DNA of 64,000 nt from an uncultured Pseudomonadales bacterium (lineage in GTDB: Bacteria; Pseudomonadota; Gammaproteobacteria; Pseudomonadales; Porticoccaceae), in contig CALSSZ010000008.1 of NCBI GenBank assembly GCA_943789145.1, positions 5,433 to 69,432 of the forward strand. Direction: 5' to 3'. Every line of letters starts with the position of its first letter. Positions within the stretch are counted from its first letter, which is position 1. Shown here piece after piece: positions 52,450 to 63,176 of this stretch. The notes beneath the pieces are model-generated. The model was not told the DNA's origin. It worked only from the letters and a program-made list of their open reading frames with translations, and searched no databases. A program made the position numbers and the translations under genes.

Positions 52450-53418
52450 ATGAGCGAAACAGCAGGTAACAGTTTTAACCAGCCTTTAGGTGGCAACCAG
52501 ATGCCCAGATTTGCGGGTCAGGCGAGCTTCTTTAGATTGCCGGTTCAGGAAGATGCTGCGGGCCTGGATGTGGCGCTGCTGGGTATGCCTGTGGATATAG
52601 GCACCAGCAATCGCCCAGGCACCAGATTTGGTCCCCGGGAGATCAGAACAGAGTCTGTGCTAGTGCGCCCTTATGGCATGGCCACCCAGGCTGCGCCCTT
52701 TGACTCCTTTCAGGTGGCAGATATTGGTGATGTAGCAGTCAATCCCTACAACCTGTTAAAAACCGTAGATGCTATTGAGGCTGCCGTAGATGGAGTTTTA
52801 GCCGCCGGGGCCAAGCCGGTCTCTGTGGGCGGAGACCATACCTGCACCCTGCCAATACTGAGATCCATCGCCAAAGTTCATGGCCCGGTGGCACTGATTC
52901 ATATTGATGCCCATGCCGATATCAATGACGAGATGTTTGGGGAAAAGATTGCCCATGGCACGGTCTTTCGCCGCGCTATCGAAGAGGGGCTAATAGAAAC
53001 CAGCAAGATGTTTCAGATTGGCCTCAGGGCTACCGGCTATGCGGCAGATGATTTCGACTGGTCCAGGGAGCAGGGCGCCACAGTGATTACCGCAGAAGAA
53101 TGCTGGTATAAATCCCTGGCACCATTAATGGATCAGATCCGCGACACCATAGGCCCGGACACGCCCGCTTATTTAACCTTTGATATTGATGGCCTGGACC
53201 CCTCAGTGGCACCTGGTACAGGTACCCCAGAGCCCGGCGGGCTTACAGCCTCTCAGGGGCTGGAGGTAATACGAGGCTGCTTCGGTTTAAATCTGGTGGG
53301 CTGTGATTTGATGGAAGTGTCGCCACCCTACGACACCACAGGCAATACCTCGCTGTTGGCGGCCAATCTGCTCTTTGAAATGCTCTGTAGCCTGCCGGGT
53401 TGTATTCGCCGCAACTAG
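52450..53418 (+). CDS. Ureohydrolase (agmatinase/guanidinobutyrase-like)
   Basis: RPGTRFGP, GGDH, DAHAD, DIDGLDP, GTGTPE, EVSP; alternative start at 52429. Confidence 0.9.
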   Translation: MSETAGNSFNQPLGGNQMPRFAGQASFFRLPVQEDAAGLDVALLGMPVDIGTSNRPGTRFGPREIRTESVLVRPYGMATQAAPFDSFQVADIGDVAVNPYNLLKTVDAIEAAVDGVLAAGAKPVSVGGDHTCTLPILRSIAKVHGPVALIHIDAHADINDEMFGEKIAHGTVFRRAIEEGLIETSKMFQIGLRATGYAADDFDWSREQGATVITAEECWYKSLAPLMDQIRDTIGPDTPAYLTFDIDGLDPSVAPGTGTPEPGGLTASQGLEVIRGCFGLNLVGCDLMEVSPPYDTTGNTSLLAANLLFEMLCSLPGCIRRN

Positions 53419-55156
53419 TTGGCCTGACAGTGGTGCCGGGGTGCCCTCAAACACCGTGCCCCAGATTTTAATATCTTTTATGCGCTTGGGGCTGACCTTA
53501 TAGGGGTCGGCCTCAAGAATAGTAAAGTCAGCTTTTTTACCCGCCCGTATCGAGCCAATCTCATCTTCATAACCCATCACCCAGGCGGCATTAATGGTAA
53601 TTGCTCGCAGCCCGGCATCCAAACTGACCCGCTCATGCTCACCGGTCAAGTTGCCATTAATGGTGACACGGTTCACCGCTGCAGACACCAGGGTCAGAGG
53701 TTCCAGTGGCGCCATGGGACTGTCCGAGTGGAAAGCAAAGGGCACGCCCAGCCGCTCCAGAGAGCCCAGCCTCACCATCTGATTGCCGCGGTCGGCACCC
53801 AGCCATTGCTCGCTGTAAATATCACTGAGAATAAAATGGTAATAGGGGTTGGCAGACACCACAGCGCCCAGCTCTTTTAGCTGCCGGTTTTGATCTTCCG
53901 TGGTGTAGGCAAAATGCTCCAGAGACAGACGATGGTCTGGTTTGGGGGTATTAGCCTGCAATGTTTTAATCAGCTTGATCAGCCGCGCAGCACTGCCATC
54001 GCCATTGGTATGGGCATGCAACTGATAGCCTGCATCCCAAAATGCCTGGGCCCACTGGGTGGTCACATCCTCGGGCACCATCCACACGCCCTCGTGGCCA
54101 TCGATATAGCCCGGAAAGTCAAATTGGGCCAGCCCACTGTAGATAGCGCCATCCATCATTAGCTTAAACCGCCTGTCGAGCTTTACCCTGTGGCTGTTTT
54201 GTGAGCGCCACTGGTCAATCTCTTTAAAGGCATCTTCTATAGAGACACCGCGGCCTAGAAAATCAGTGATAATGGGGGTTAATATAATTCTTGCCGGAGC
54301 CTGAGCGGTTTCAACAGCATGGCGGATCATGGCTATCTCCCCAGCTGGATCACCAAACACCCCAGTCCCCATATCCAGCGCGGTGGTCACGCCACCCTGA
54401 TGCACCATGCGGATAAAGTTTTGCATGCCCTGGCCAAAGCGCGCTGGCTCAAAGATAAACCCCATCTTGGGTATCAGTGCATACATACCATTTTCAAAGA
54501 AGTGGCCGCGCTTCCCAGCTGGTGAGTGGGTTGGCTTCAAGCTCGGCTTCTGTAACGCCCAGTAAATCCATGGCAGCATCATTGCCAATTAATTCATGGA
54601 ATGAGCGGTGCCACAGCATCACGGGCTTATCCGGAAATAGCTCAGTTAGCTGCTGGCGAAATAACTCGCCGTGCCAGAGCGGGTGATAGCCCCAGGTGAT
54701 AAAGGGGATATTTGGGTTATTGTGCTGGGCAACCAGTTCTTTTAACCGTGCAATATAGGCTTTAGGTGTTGTGGCCCCGGGAAATTTACCCGTAGGCAGG
54801 GACCAGTCATCCGGGGCAATAAATGGAAACTGGGTTAGCACCGCAGGCAGCGAGGGGTGTACATGGGGCTCAATAAAGCCGGGCATTATAATTTTGCCCT
54901 CAAAGCGCCGGTCGATACGGGAGTTTTTTTGCTCCATCCAGCTGCCCAGAGAGTCCAGAGAGCCCACAGCCACAATGCGGCCATCGGCCACAGCTACTGC
55001 AGTGGCTTCGGGTAGAGCGGGTTCCATGGTGATAATCTTTTTAGCGGTATAGATCACCAGATTATCTACCGGTTTTATACCTTTGGGGGTTCCAGACGCC
55101 CAGCACCAGGAGCTGAGTAATAGCCATAGTGTGGCAAGATTAAAAATTGATTTCAT
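53415..55156 (-). CDS. Secreted amidohydrolase family 3 (YtcJ-like), frameshifted near 54515; true 3' end uncertain
   Basis: Signal peptide, PGFIEPHVH, KLMMDG, HTNGD, EH, HSD.P and GSIRAGKKADF across ORFs 54494-55210 and 53287-54588. Confidence 0.82.
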
Positions 55157-55273
55157 TGGGTGGCCCCGTAGATTATTTTTTGTAATTAGACGCCGCATTC
55201 TGATAGCCAAAATAGCCTGTTTTAGCCTAGTATGGCAACTAACAATAATAGCGATATTTAAGAGGAATCAACT

Positions 55274-56380
55274 ATGAAGACCAAAGCCGCCGTTGCATTT
55301 GGAGCAGGAAAGCCCCTAGAAATTGTCGAAGTCGATCTCGATGGCCCCAGAGCCGGAGAAGTTTTAGTTGAGATTAAAGCAACAGGCGTGTGCCATACCG
55401 ACGCATTTACCCTGTCCGGCGATGATCCAGAGGGCGCCTTCCCGGCAATTTTGGGGCACGAGGGTGCAGGTGTGGTGGTTGATGTGGGCCCAGGCGTAAA
55501 AAACCTTAAACCTGGCGACCATGTGATTCCTCTTTACACTGCCGAATGCCGCGAGTGCGATTTCTGCCTCAATCCAAAAACCAATCTATGTCAGGCGGTG
55601 CGTGCCACCCAGGGCCAGGGCGTGATGCCCGATGGCACCAGCAGATTCTCCTTCGAAGGCAAGCCCATCCTCCACTATATGGGCTGCTCCACCTTCTCCA
55701 ATTACACCGTGCTCCCAGAGATTTCCCTGGCCAAGGTGCGTGACGACGCGCCCTTCGACAAGATTTGCTATATCGGCTGCGGTGTCACCACCGGAATTGG
55801 TGCAGTGGCCTTTACTATGAAAGTTGAAGCTGGCTCCACAGTGGCTGTATTTGGTCTTGGGGGTATTGGCCTTAATGTGATTCAGGGCGCCAAAATGGTC
55901 GGCGCTACCAGAATTATTGGTATTGATTTAAACCCGGCTCGTCAGGCTCTAGGCAAGCAGTTTGGTATGACCGACTTTATTAATCCGCGCGATGTGGAAA
56001 ATGTGGTCGACCATATTATTGATATGACAGGCGGCGGTGTGGATTACAGCTTTGAGTGTATTGGCAATGTAGAGGTGATGCGTCAGGCACTGGAATGCTG
56101 CCATAAAGGCTGGGGTGAGAGCTGTATTGTAGGTGTAGCTGGCGCAGGCAAAGAGATTGCAACCCGACCATTCCAGCTGGTGACGGGCCGTTCCTGGCGC
56201 GGCACCGCCTTTGGTGGCGCCCGCGGCCGTACCGATGTGCCCAAGATTGTGGACTGGTATATGGATGGCAAGATCAATATCGATGATCTGATTACCCATA
56301 AGATGCCATTGCAAGATATCAACAAAGCCTTTGATTTAATGCATGCGGGCGAGAGCATTAGATCAGTTGTCGAATTTTAA
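55274..56380 (+). CDS. frmA: S-(hydroxymethyl)glutathione dehydrogenase / class III ADH
   Basis: GVCHTD, GHEG, structural Zn CRECDFC...[11 protein letters not shown]. Confidence 0.97.
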   Translation: MKTKAAVAFGAGKPLEIVEVDLDGPRAGEVLVEIKATGVCHTDAFTLSGDDPEGAFPAILGHEGAGVVVDVGPGVKNLKPGDHVIPLYTAECRECDFCLNPKTNLCQAVRATQGQGVMPDGTSRFSFEGKPILHYMGCSTFSNYTVLPEISLAKVRDDAPFDKICYIGCGVTTGIGAVAFTMKVEAGSTVAVFGLGGIGLNVIQGAKMVGATRIIGIDLNPARQALGKQFGMTDFINPRDVENVVDHIIDMTGGGVDYSFECIGNVEVMRQALECCHKGWGESCIVGVAGAGKEIATRPFQLVTGRSWRGTAFGGARGRTDVPKIVDWYMDGKINIDDLITHKMPLQDINKAFDLMHAGESIRSVVEF

Positions 56381-56393
56381 GGCGGAGTTTTAA

Positions 56394-57248
56394 ATGACAG
56401 TTGAACAGATTGGCTCAAACCAGAGCTTTGGTGGCCAGCAGCTGCGCTACAAGCATCAGTCCGCTGTGCTTAATTGCGAGATGACATTCTCGATCTATCT
56501 GCCGCCTCAGGCTGCACAGGGCCCAGTGCCCCTGCTGTACTGGTTATCTGGCCTCACCTGCACAGATGAAAACTTTGTGCAAAAGGCCGGGGCCCAGCAG
56601 CATGCCGCAGAGTATGGCATTGCCATTGTCTGCCCGGATACCAGCCCCAGAGGTGAGGGCGTGGCCGATGACCCTGAGGGTGCCTATGATATGGGTCTGG
56701 GGGCCGGATTCTATGTCAATGCCACAGAGCAGCCCTGGGTCAAGCATTACCAGATGTACAGCTATATAGTCGAAGAACTGCCAGCATTGATTAATAGCCA
56801 GTTCCCCGTGGACAGTGCTAGGGCATCAATTTCAGGGCATTCCATGGGTGGCCATGGCGCGCTAACCATAGCGCTTAAAAACCCGGGCCAGTTTAAATCG
56901 GTATCGGCATTTTCACCCATCTGCTCGCCGTTAAATTGCCCCTGGGGTGATAAGACATTAACCAACTACCTCGGCAGCAACCGCGATACCTGGGCCCAGT
57001 ACGATACCGTAGCTCTGGTAGGTCAGGCCACAGAGCATCTGCCGGTGCTGGTCGATCAGGGTGAAGGAGATAACTTTCTTGAGGAGCAGCTTAAAACGCC
57101 ACTGCTGATTGAGGCGGCAAAAAAGGCCGCTTTCCCTATGGATATTCGCCTGCAGCCGGAATACGACCACAGCTACTTTTTTATTGCTACGTTTATAGGG
57201 GAGCATATCGCATTTCACGCCCGTGCAATGGGGGCTGGCAAGGCATAG
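56394..57248 (+). CDS. fghA: S-formylglutathione hydrolase
   Basis: WLSGLTC, GHSMGG, YDHSYFF. Confidence 0.96.
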   Translation: MTVEQIGSNQSFGGQQLRYKHQSAVLNCEMTFSIYLPPQAAQGPVPLLYWLSGLTCTDENFVQKAGAQQHAAEYGIAIVCPDTSPRGEGVADDPEGAYDMGLGAGFYVNATEQPWVKHYQMYSYIVEELPALINSQFPVDSARASISGHSMGGHGALTIALKNPGQFKSVSAFSPICSPLNCPWGDKTLTNYLGSNRDTWAQYDTVALVGQATEHLPVLVDQGEGDNFLEEQLKTPLLIEAAKKAAFPMDIRLQPEYDHSYFFIATFIGEHIAFHARAMGAGKA

Positions 57249-57394
57249 AGTAGCGGTCCTTATTAGATAAATAAGAGTCGCTTAGGGCCCGAATTCACAG
57301 GGTTGATGGTGATAGACTGCGGCGCATCAAGAGCGAGCTTTGAGTCTTTAAGGTTAGGGCACAGGAGCCGCTCAGCAACAGGAGTTATTTAGAC

Positions 57395-57883
57395 GTGGAC
57401 ACAGGCGCACAACATACCGCTGATATCAGTCATCTTGTGGCTCAGTTTAAGACTGTGCCCGGCGGTCTATTGCCGCTGCTACATGCCATTCAGGCAGAGC
57501 TGGGCTATGTGCCAGACTCAGTGGTGCCCAGTATTGCCAGCGGTCTTAATCTCTCCCGCGCCGAAGTACATGGCGTAATCAGTTTTTACCATGATTTTAA
57601 GACCCATCCAGTGGGCCGCCATACAGTGCAGATCTGCCGTTCCGAAGCCTGTCAGTCTATGGGCTCAAGGCAGCTGGAAGCCCATGCCAAGGCACTGCTG
57701 GGGGTGGACTACCATGAGACGACCGACGATGGTGCCATTACTCTGGAGCCAGTTTATTGCCTGGGTAACTGTGCCTGCTCACCCTCGGTACGTATTAATA
57801 ATGATATCCATGCCCGTGTGGATGCCGAGCGGTTTGATGATTTGATGGCTGATCTGAGCGCTCCTGCAGGAGAGCCCATATGA
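57395..57883 (+). CDS. fdsG: NAD-dependent formate dehydrogenase gamma subunit
   Basis: LNLSRAEVHGVISFYHDF, CRSEAC, YCLGNCACSP. Confidence 0.93.
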   Translation: MDTGAQHTADISHLVAQFKTVPGGLLPLLHAIQAELGYVPDSVVPSIASGLNLSRAEVHGVISFYHDFKTHPVGRHTVQICRSEACQSMGSRQLEAHAKALLGVDYHETTDDGAITLEPVYCLGNCACSPSVRINNDIHARVDAERFDDLMADLSAPAGEPI

Positions 57884-59488
57884 GCATTTATATCCCTCAG
57901 GATACCACTGCGCTGGCCCTTGGCGCGGAAGCTGTGGCCCGTGCACTGCAGGCCGCTGGTGTCGAGCCAGTGCGCAATGGTTCTCGCGGACTGTTCTGGC
58001 TAGAGCCACTGTTGGAAGTGGACACAGACAATGGCCGTATTGGCTTTGGCCCAGTGGCCAAAAAAGATATCCCTGGTATTCTCGATGCCCTTGAGACCGA
58101 TGCCAGCAGCCATCACCTGTATCTGGGGCTGGTTGAGAAAATTGAATATCTGGCCAGTCAGCAGCGCCTGACCTATGCCCGTGCCGGGCTGGGTGATCCA
58201 GTCTGTCTGGATAACTACCAAGCACTCAATGGTTTTAAAGGGCTCAAAAAAGCCCTCAATATGGATGGTCAGCAGATTGTTGATCAGGTAAAAGACTCCG
58301 GCCTGCGCGGTCGTGGTGGTGCAGCCTTTCCCGCCGGTATTAAATGGCAGACGGTTTTAGACTGCGACTCAGAGCAAAAATATATTGTCTGCAATGCCGA
58401 TGAAGGAGACTCCGGAACCTTTGCCGACCGGCTGGTAATGGAAGCCGATCCGTATCAACTGATCGAAGGCATGATTATCGCCGGTCTGGCAGTGGGCGCC
58501 AATCAGGGCTATATCTATCTGCGCTCCGAATACCCGGTGGCCCATAAGCTATTAAATATTGCCATCGACAGGGCAGTAGAAGCCAATTTCCTCGGTGAGA
58601 ATATTCAGGGCTCCGGCAAAACCTTCCATCTGGAAGTGCGCCTGGGTGCCGGTGCCTATATCTGTGGTGAAGAGACCTCATTGCTGGACAGTCTGGAGGG
58701 CAAGCGCGGCATGGTGCGCGCCAAGCCGCCGTTACCTGCCATTGAAGGCTTATTTGGCAAGCCAACAGTAGTCAACAATGTGCTGACACTGGCTGCAATC
58801 TCAACTATTTTGGAGCAGGGCGCCGAGACCTATCAGAACTTTGGTATGGGTCGATCACGGGGCACCCTGGCGATTCAGCTGGCGGGTAATATTAAACGCG
58901 GCGGTCTGATTGAGCTGGCCTTTGGTGTGACTCTGCGTGAAGTGGTAGAGGACTATGGCCAGGGCACTCACAGCGGTCGCCCTATCCGCGCTATTCAGGT
59001 GGGCGGGCCACTGGGGGCATTTTTGCCCGAGTCCCAGTGGGATACACCTATGGACTACGAAGCTTTTGCCGCGATTAAAGCGATGATTGGCCATGGCGGT
59101 ATAGTGGTGTTTGATGACAGTGCCGATATGGCAGCGCAGGCGAGGTTTGCCTATGGAATTTTGCGTGGTGGAATCCTGCGGTAAATGCACCCCTTGCCGC
59201 ATTGGTTCGGTGCGCGGCGTAGAAGTAATTGACCGTATAGTGGCCAATGAAAACCGCGATGATAATTTAATTTTGTTGCATGAACTGTGCGACACCATGG
59301 AGCTGGGCTCCCTCTGCGCTATGGGTGGTATGACACCGTTCCCGGTGCGCAGTGCGCTGACCCACTTCCAGGAAGATTTTTTTGTGCAAGACGCCGCAGG
59401 CTCTTTATTAAAAGACGCTGAGGGCTCTTTATTACGAGACGCTGAGGGCTCTACCTCACAAAAAGCCGCTAGCCCGGGAGGGAAATAG
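57880..59488 (+). CDS. fdsB: NAD-dependent formate dehydrogenase beta subunit, frameshifted near 59150
   Basis: RNGSRGLFWLEPL, SGLRGRGGAAFP, NADEGDSG, GAGAYICGEE; CGKCTPCRIG continues in ORF 59111-59488. Confidence 0.92.
59390..59452 (+). repeat. 24-bp in-frame tandem repeat (about 2.6 copies) in the fdsB 3' end
   Basis: gacgccgcaggctctttattaaaa / gacgctgagggctctttattacga / gacgctgagggctct. Confidence 0.9.
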
Positions 59489-59489
59489 C

Positions 59490-62360
59490 ATGTTGGAATT
59501 CTACGAACCCCAAGCAGATTACGGCACCCCAAAAAGCACCAGCACCGAGCTGGTGACCTTAAGTATTGATGGCGTTGAAGTCACAGTGCCAGCAGGCACC
59601 TCAGTGATGCGCGCCGCTGCCGAGAGCGGTGTAAAAGTGCCGCGCCTCTGTGCCACAGACCAGCTAAAATCCTTTGGCTCCTGCCGCGTTTGCCTAGTTG
59701 AAATTGAAGGCCGCCGTGGTTTCCCCGCCTCCTGCACCACCACCGTAGAAGCAGGCATGGAAGTCAAAACCCAGTCTGATGAAATTGGCAAGCTGCGACG
59801 CAATGTGATGGAGCTGTATATCTCCGATCACCCGCTCGACTGCCTGACCTGTCCAACCAATGGCGACTGCGAACTGCAAGATACCGCCGGAGAACTGGGC
59901 CTGCGTTCTGTGCGCTACGGTTTTGAGGGCGAGAACCATCTGGTGGCTGAGAAAGATGAATCCAACCCTTATTTTACCTTCGACCCCTCCAAATGCATTG
60001 TCTGCTCACGCTGTGTGCGGGCCTGTGAAGAGGTGCAGGGCACCTTTGCCCTGACCATTGATGGTCGTGGTTTTGAATCCAAAGTTAGCGCCAGTCAGGC
60101 GGAAGACTTTATGGATTCTGAATGTGTTTCCTGTGGTGCCTGTGTCAATGCCTGCCCCACCGCAACACTCACCGAAAAAAGCATTATTGAAGCGGGCAAG
60201 CCCGAGCATGCCGTCACCACCACCTGCGCCTACTGCGGCGTGGGCTGTTCGTTTAAAGCCGAGATGAAAGGCAATCAGGTGGTGCGCATGACCCCTTACA
60301 AAGATGGCAAGGCCAATGAAGGCCATGCCTGTGTAAAGGGCCGCTTTGCCTTTGGTTATGCCACCCATAAAGACCGTATTACCGTGCCCATGATTCGCGA
60401 CAGTATTGACGACCCATGGAAAGAAGTGTCTTGGGAAGAGGCAGTGACCTACACCGCTAAACGCTTTAAAGATATTCAGGCCGAGTATGGCCGCAACAGT
60501 ATTGGCGCCATCTCATCCTCAAGATGCACCAATGAAGAAGTGTATCTGGTGCAAAAAATGGTCCGCGCCGGCTTTGGCAATAACAATATCGACACCTGCG
60601 CCCGGGTTTGCCATTCACCCACCGGCTTTGGTTTAAAAACCACCTTGGGTGAATCTGCTGGTACCCAGACCTTTGCCTCAGTCGCCGATGCCGATGTGGT
60701 TGTGGTGATGGGCGCCAACCCCACAGAAGCCCACCCGGTATTTGGCTCGCGACTTAAGCGCCGCCTTCGTGAAGGGGCCAAACTGATTGTGATCGACCCG
60801 CGCAAAATTGAGCTGGTTAGTTCGCCCCATATTACCGCCGACTACCATCTGCCCGTTCGTCCGGGCACCAATGTCACCATTTTAAATGCCTTAGCTCATG
60901 TTGTTGTTAACGAAGGGCTGGAAGCGCGCGCCTATATTGAAGAGCGCTGCGATGTTCCCGAGTTTGAACAATGGCTGGCCTTTATTGGCGACGAGCGCCA
61001 TTCAGCCCAGAGAACACCGAAAGCAATCTACTGGTGTGCCCGCTGCCGACGCTTTGCGCGCCGCGGCACGGCTCTATGCCACCGCCGGCAATGGCGCCAT
61101 CTTCTATGGCCTGGGTGTCACCGAACACAGCCAGGGCTCCACCGCGGTGATGGGCATTGCCAACCTCGCCATGCTGACCGGCAATATTGGTCGCGATGGT
61201 GTTGGCGTAAACCCACTGCGCGGCCAAAATAATGTGCAGGGCTCCTGCGATATGGGTTCATTCCCCCATGAGCTGCCCGGCTACCGCCATATCTCCGACG
61301 GCGCTACCAGAGCCTTATTTGAGGGCGAGTGGGGCGTCACTCTGGATTCAGAGCCTGGCCTGCGTATCCCCAATATGTTTGATGCGGCACTGGATGGCGA
61401 GTTTAAAGGCCTATACTGCCAGGGCGAAGATATAGCCCAGTCCGACCCCAATACCCAGCATGTAGAGGCAGCATTGCGCGCCATGGAATGTTTGGTGGTG
61501 CAGGATATCTTCCTTAACGAGACCGCCAAATTTGCCCATGTATTTTTGCCCGGCGCTTCGTTTTTGGAAAAAGACGGCACCTTTACCAATGCCGAGCGCC
61601 GTATCTCCAGAGTGCGCAAAGCCATGCCACCCCTTAAGCGGCAAAGCCGACTGGGAGGGCACCATGGCCCTGGCCAATGCTCTGGGCTGCGAGATGGACT
61701 ACAGCCACCCCTCAGAGATTATGGATGAGATAGCGCGCCTGACCCCAACCTTTAATGGCGTCTCCTACGCCAAGCTGGACCAGCAGGGCAGCATTCAGTG
61801 GCCCTGTAATGACAACACCCCGGATGGCACGCCGATAATGCATATCGATGAATTTGTGCGGGGCAAAGGCTTCTTTGCCATGACCGAATATGTGCCCTAC
61901 CACCGAGCGCGCCAATCGCAAATTCCCACTGCTGCTTACCACTGGCCGTATTCTGTCTCAGTACAATGTAGGGGCCCAAACCAGACGCACCGACAATAGT
62001 GAATGGCACGGCGAAGACCTGCTGGAAATCCACCCACATGATGCCGAAGAGCGCGGCATTAACCATGGCGATTGGGTCGGCATCAACAGCCGAGTAGGGG
62101 ACACGGTACTGCGTGCCGATGTCACCGAGCGGGTCAAACCTGGCGTGGTGTATACCACCTTCCACCACCCGGTATCCGGCGCCAATGTAATCACCACCGA
62201 CAATAGCGACTGGGCCACCAACTGCCCAGAGTACAAGGTGACCGCGGTGCAACTTAGCAAAGTAACTGAACCCTCCAACTGGCAGGCGCGACAAAAATCC
62301 TTTGATAAGCAGCAGCAAGGCTTGTTACAGCAAGGTTTGTTGCAGGATGCACGGAGTTAG
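59490..62360 (+). CDS. fdsA: Molybdo-bis-MGD formate dehydrogenase alpha subunit, frameshifted near 61000-61030, 61630 and 61895
   Basis: Fe-S motifs (CRVC, HPLDCLTC, CIVCSRC, CAYCGVGC), CARVCH active site, LRGQNNVQG, GTFTNAERR and NCPEYK across four ORFs. Confidence 0.92.
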
Positions 62361-62361
62361 G

Positions 62362-63159
62362 GTGAGTAACGGTAGTTCAGATAAGGTATCACGCACAGTC
62401 TGGAATGCCGAAGATATCACCGAGGGGTCCGACCATGTGGCCACAGAGACAGCCGTGGCTATGGTCTATAACGGCATCTCCCATGTGGTGATGATGGCAA
62501 CACCAGATGATTTGGAAGATTTTGCATTGGGGTTTAGCCTCAGCGAAGGGATTTTAAGCTCCCCGAAACAGCTGCTTGATTGCGAAGCGATTGCAACCGA
62601 CAAAGGCATAGAGCTGGCATTAACCATCACCGCCGAGCCTTTTGCTGCATTAAAAGAACGCCGCCGCAATTTGGTAGGGCGCACCGGCTGTGGTCTCTGT
62701 GGTGCAGAGTCTTTAGAGCAAGCCATCACCGCCCCAAACAGTATTACTGCAGAGTTATCTATTAGCCATAAAGCCCTGCAGCGAGCCATAGCTGCATTAG
62801 GTGGTGAGCAACAGTTACAACAACAGACCGGTGCCGTGCATGGCGCGGCCTGGTGCAGCCCAGAAGGCGAGATACAGGTGCTACGGGAAGATATAGGCCG
62901 CCATAATGCCTTGGATAAATTGCTGGGTGCGATAAGCAGGCAAGAACAAGAAGCGGGCTTTGTGCTGGTGACCAGCAGAGCCAGCTATGAAATGGTCGCT
63001 AAAACCGCTAGCGCTAATATTCCATTATTGGCGGCAGTGTCGGCGCCCACATCCTTGGCCATAGAGTTGGCAGAACAGTCGGGGTTAACACTGGTTGGAT
63101 TTTCAAGAACAGGCCGGCATGTGATTTATACCAATGGCCATCGGCTTACAGAAGTTTAA
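62362..63159 (+). CDS. fdhD: Formate dehydrogenase sulfurtransferase FdhD/FdsC
   Basis: MMATPDDLEDFALGF, GCGLCG, TGAVH, REDIGRHNALDK; GTG start after GGAG (alternative ATG 62347). Confidence 0.94.
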   Translation: MSNGSSDKVSRTVWNAEDITEGSDHVATETAVAMVYNGISHVVMMATPDDLEDFALGFSLSEGILSSPKQLLDCEAIATDKGIELALTITAEPFAALKERRRNLVGRTGCGLCGAESLEQAITAPNSITAELSISHKALQRAIAALGGEQQLQQQTGAVHGAAWCSPEGEIQVLREDIGRHNALDKLLGAISRQEQEAGFVLVTSRASYEMVAKTASANIPLLAAVSAPTSLAIELAEQSGLTLVGFSRTGRHVIYTNGHRLTEV

Positions 63160-63176
63160 AAGTAGAAGAGTACAAA

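Noticed and set aside
57325..57394. Moco riboswitch in the fdsG leader
   Set aside because: I could not match the known motif by eye and the leader is short; kept only as an unassigned hairpin
59390..59452. Short repeats as a CRISPR array
   Set aside because: The repeats are directly tandem with no spacers, in frame within fdsB, and no cas genes are present
59490..62360. Selenocysteine or programmed recoding explaining the split fdsA
   Set aside because: The active-site residue is Cys (CARVCH) and the breaks are frame changes, not in-frame TGA codons
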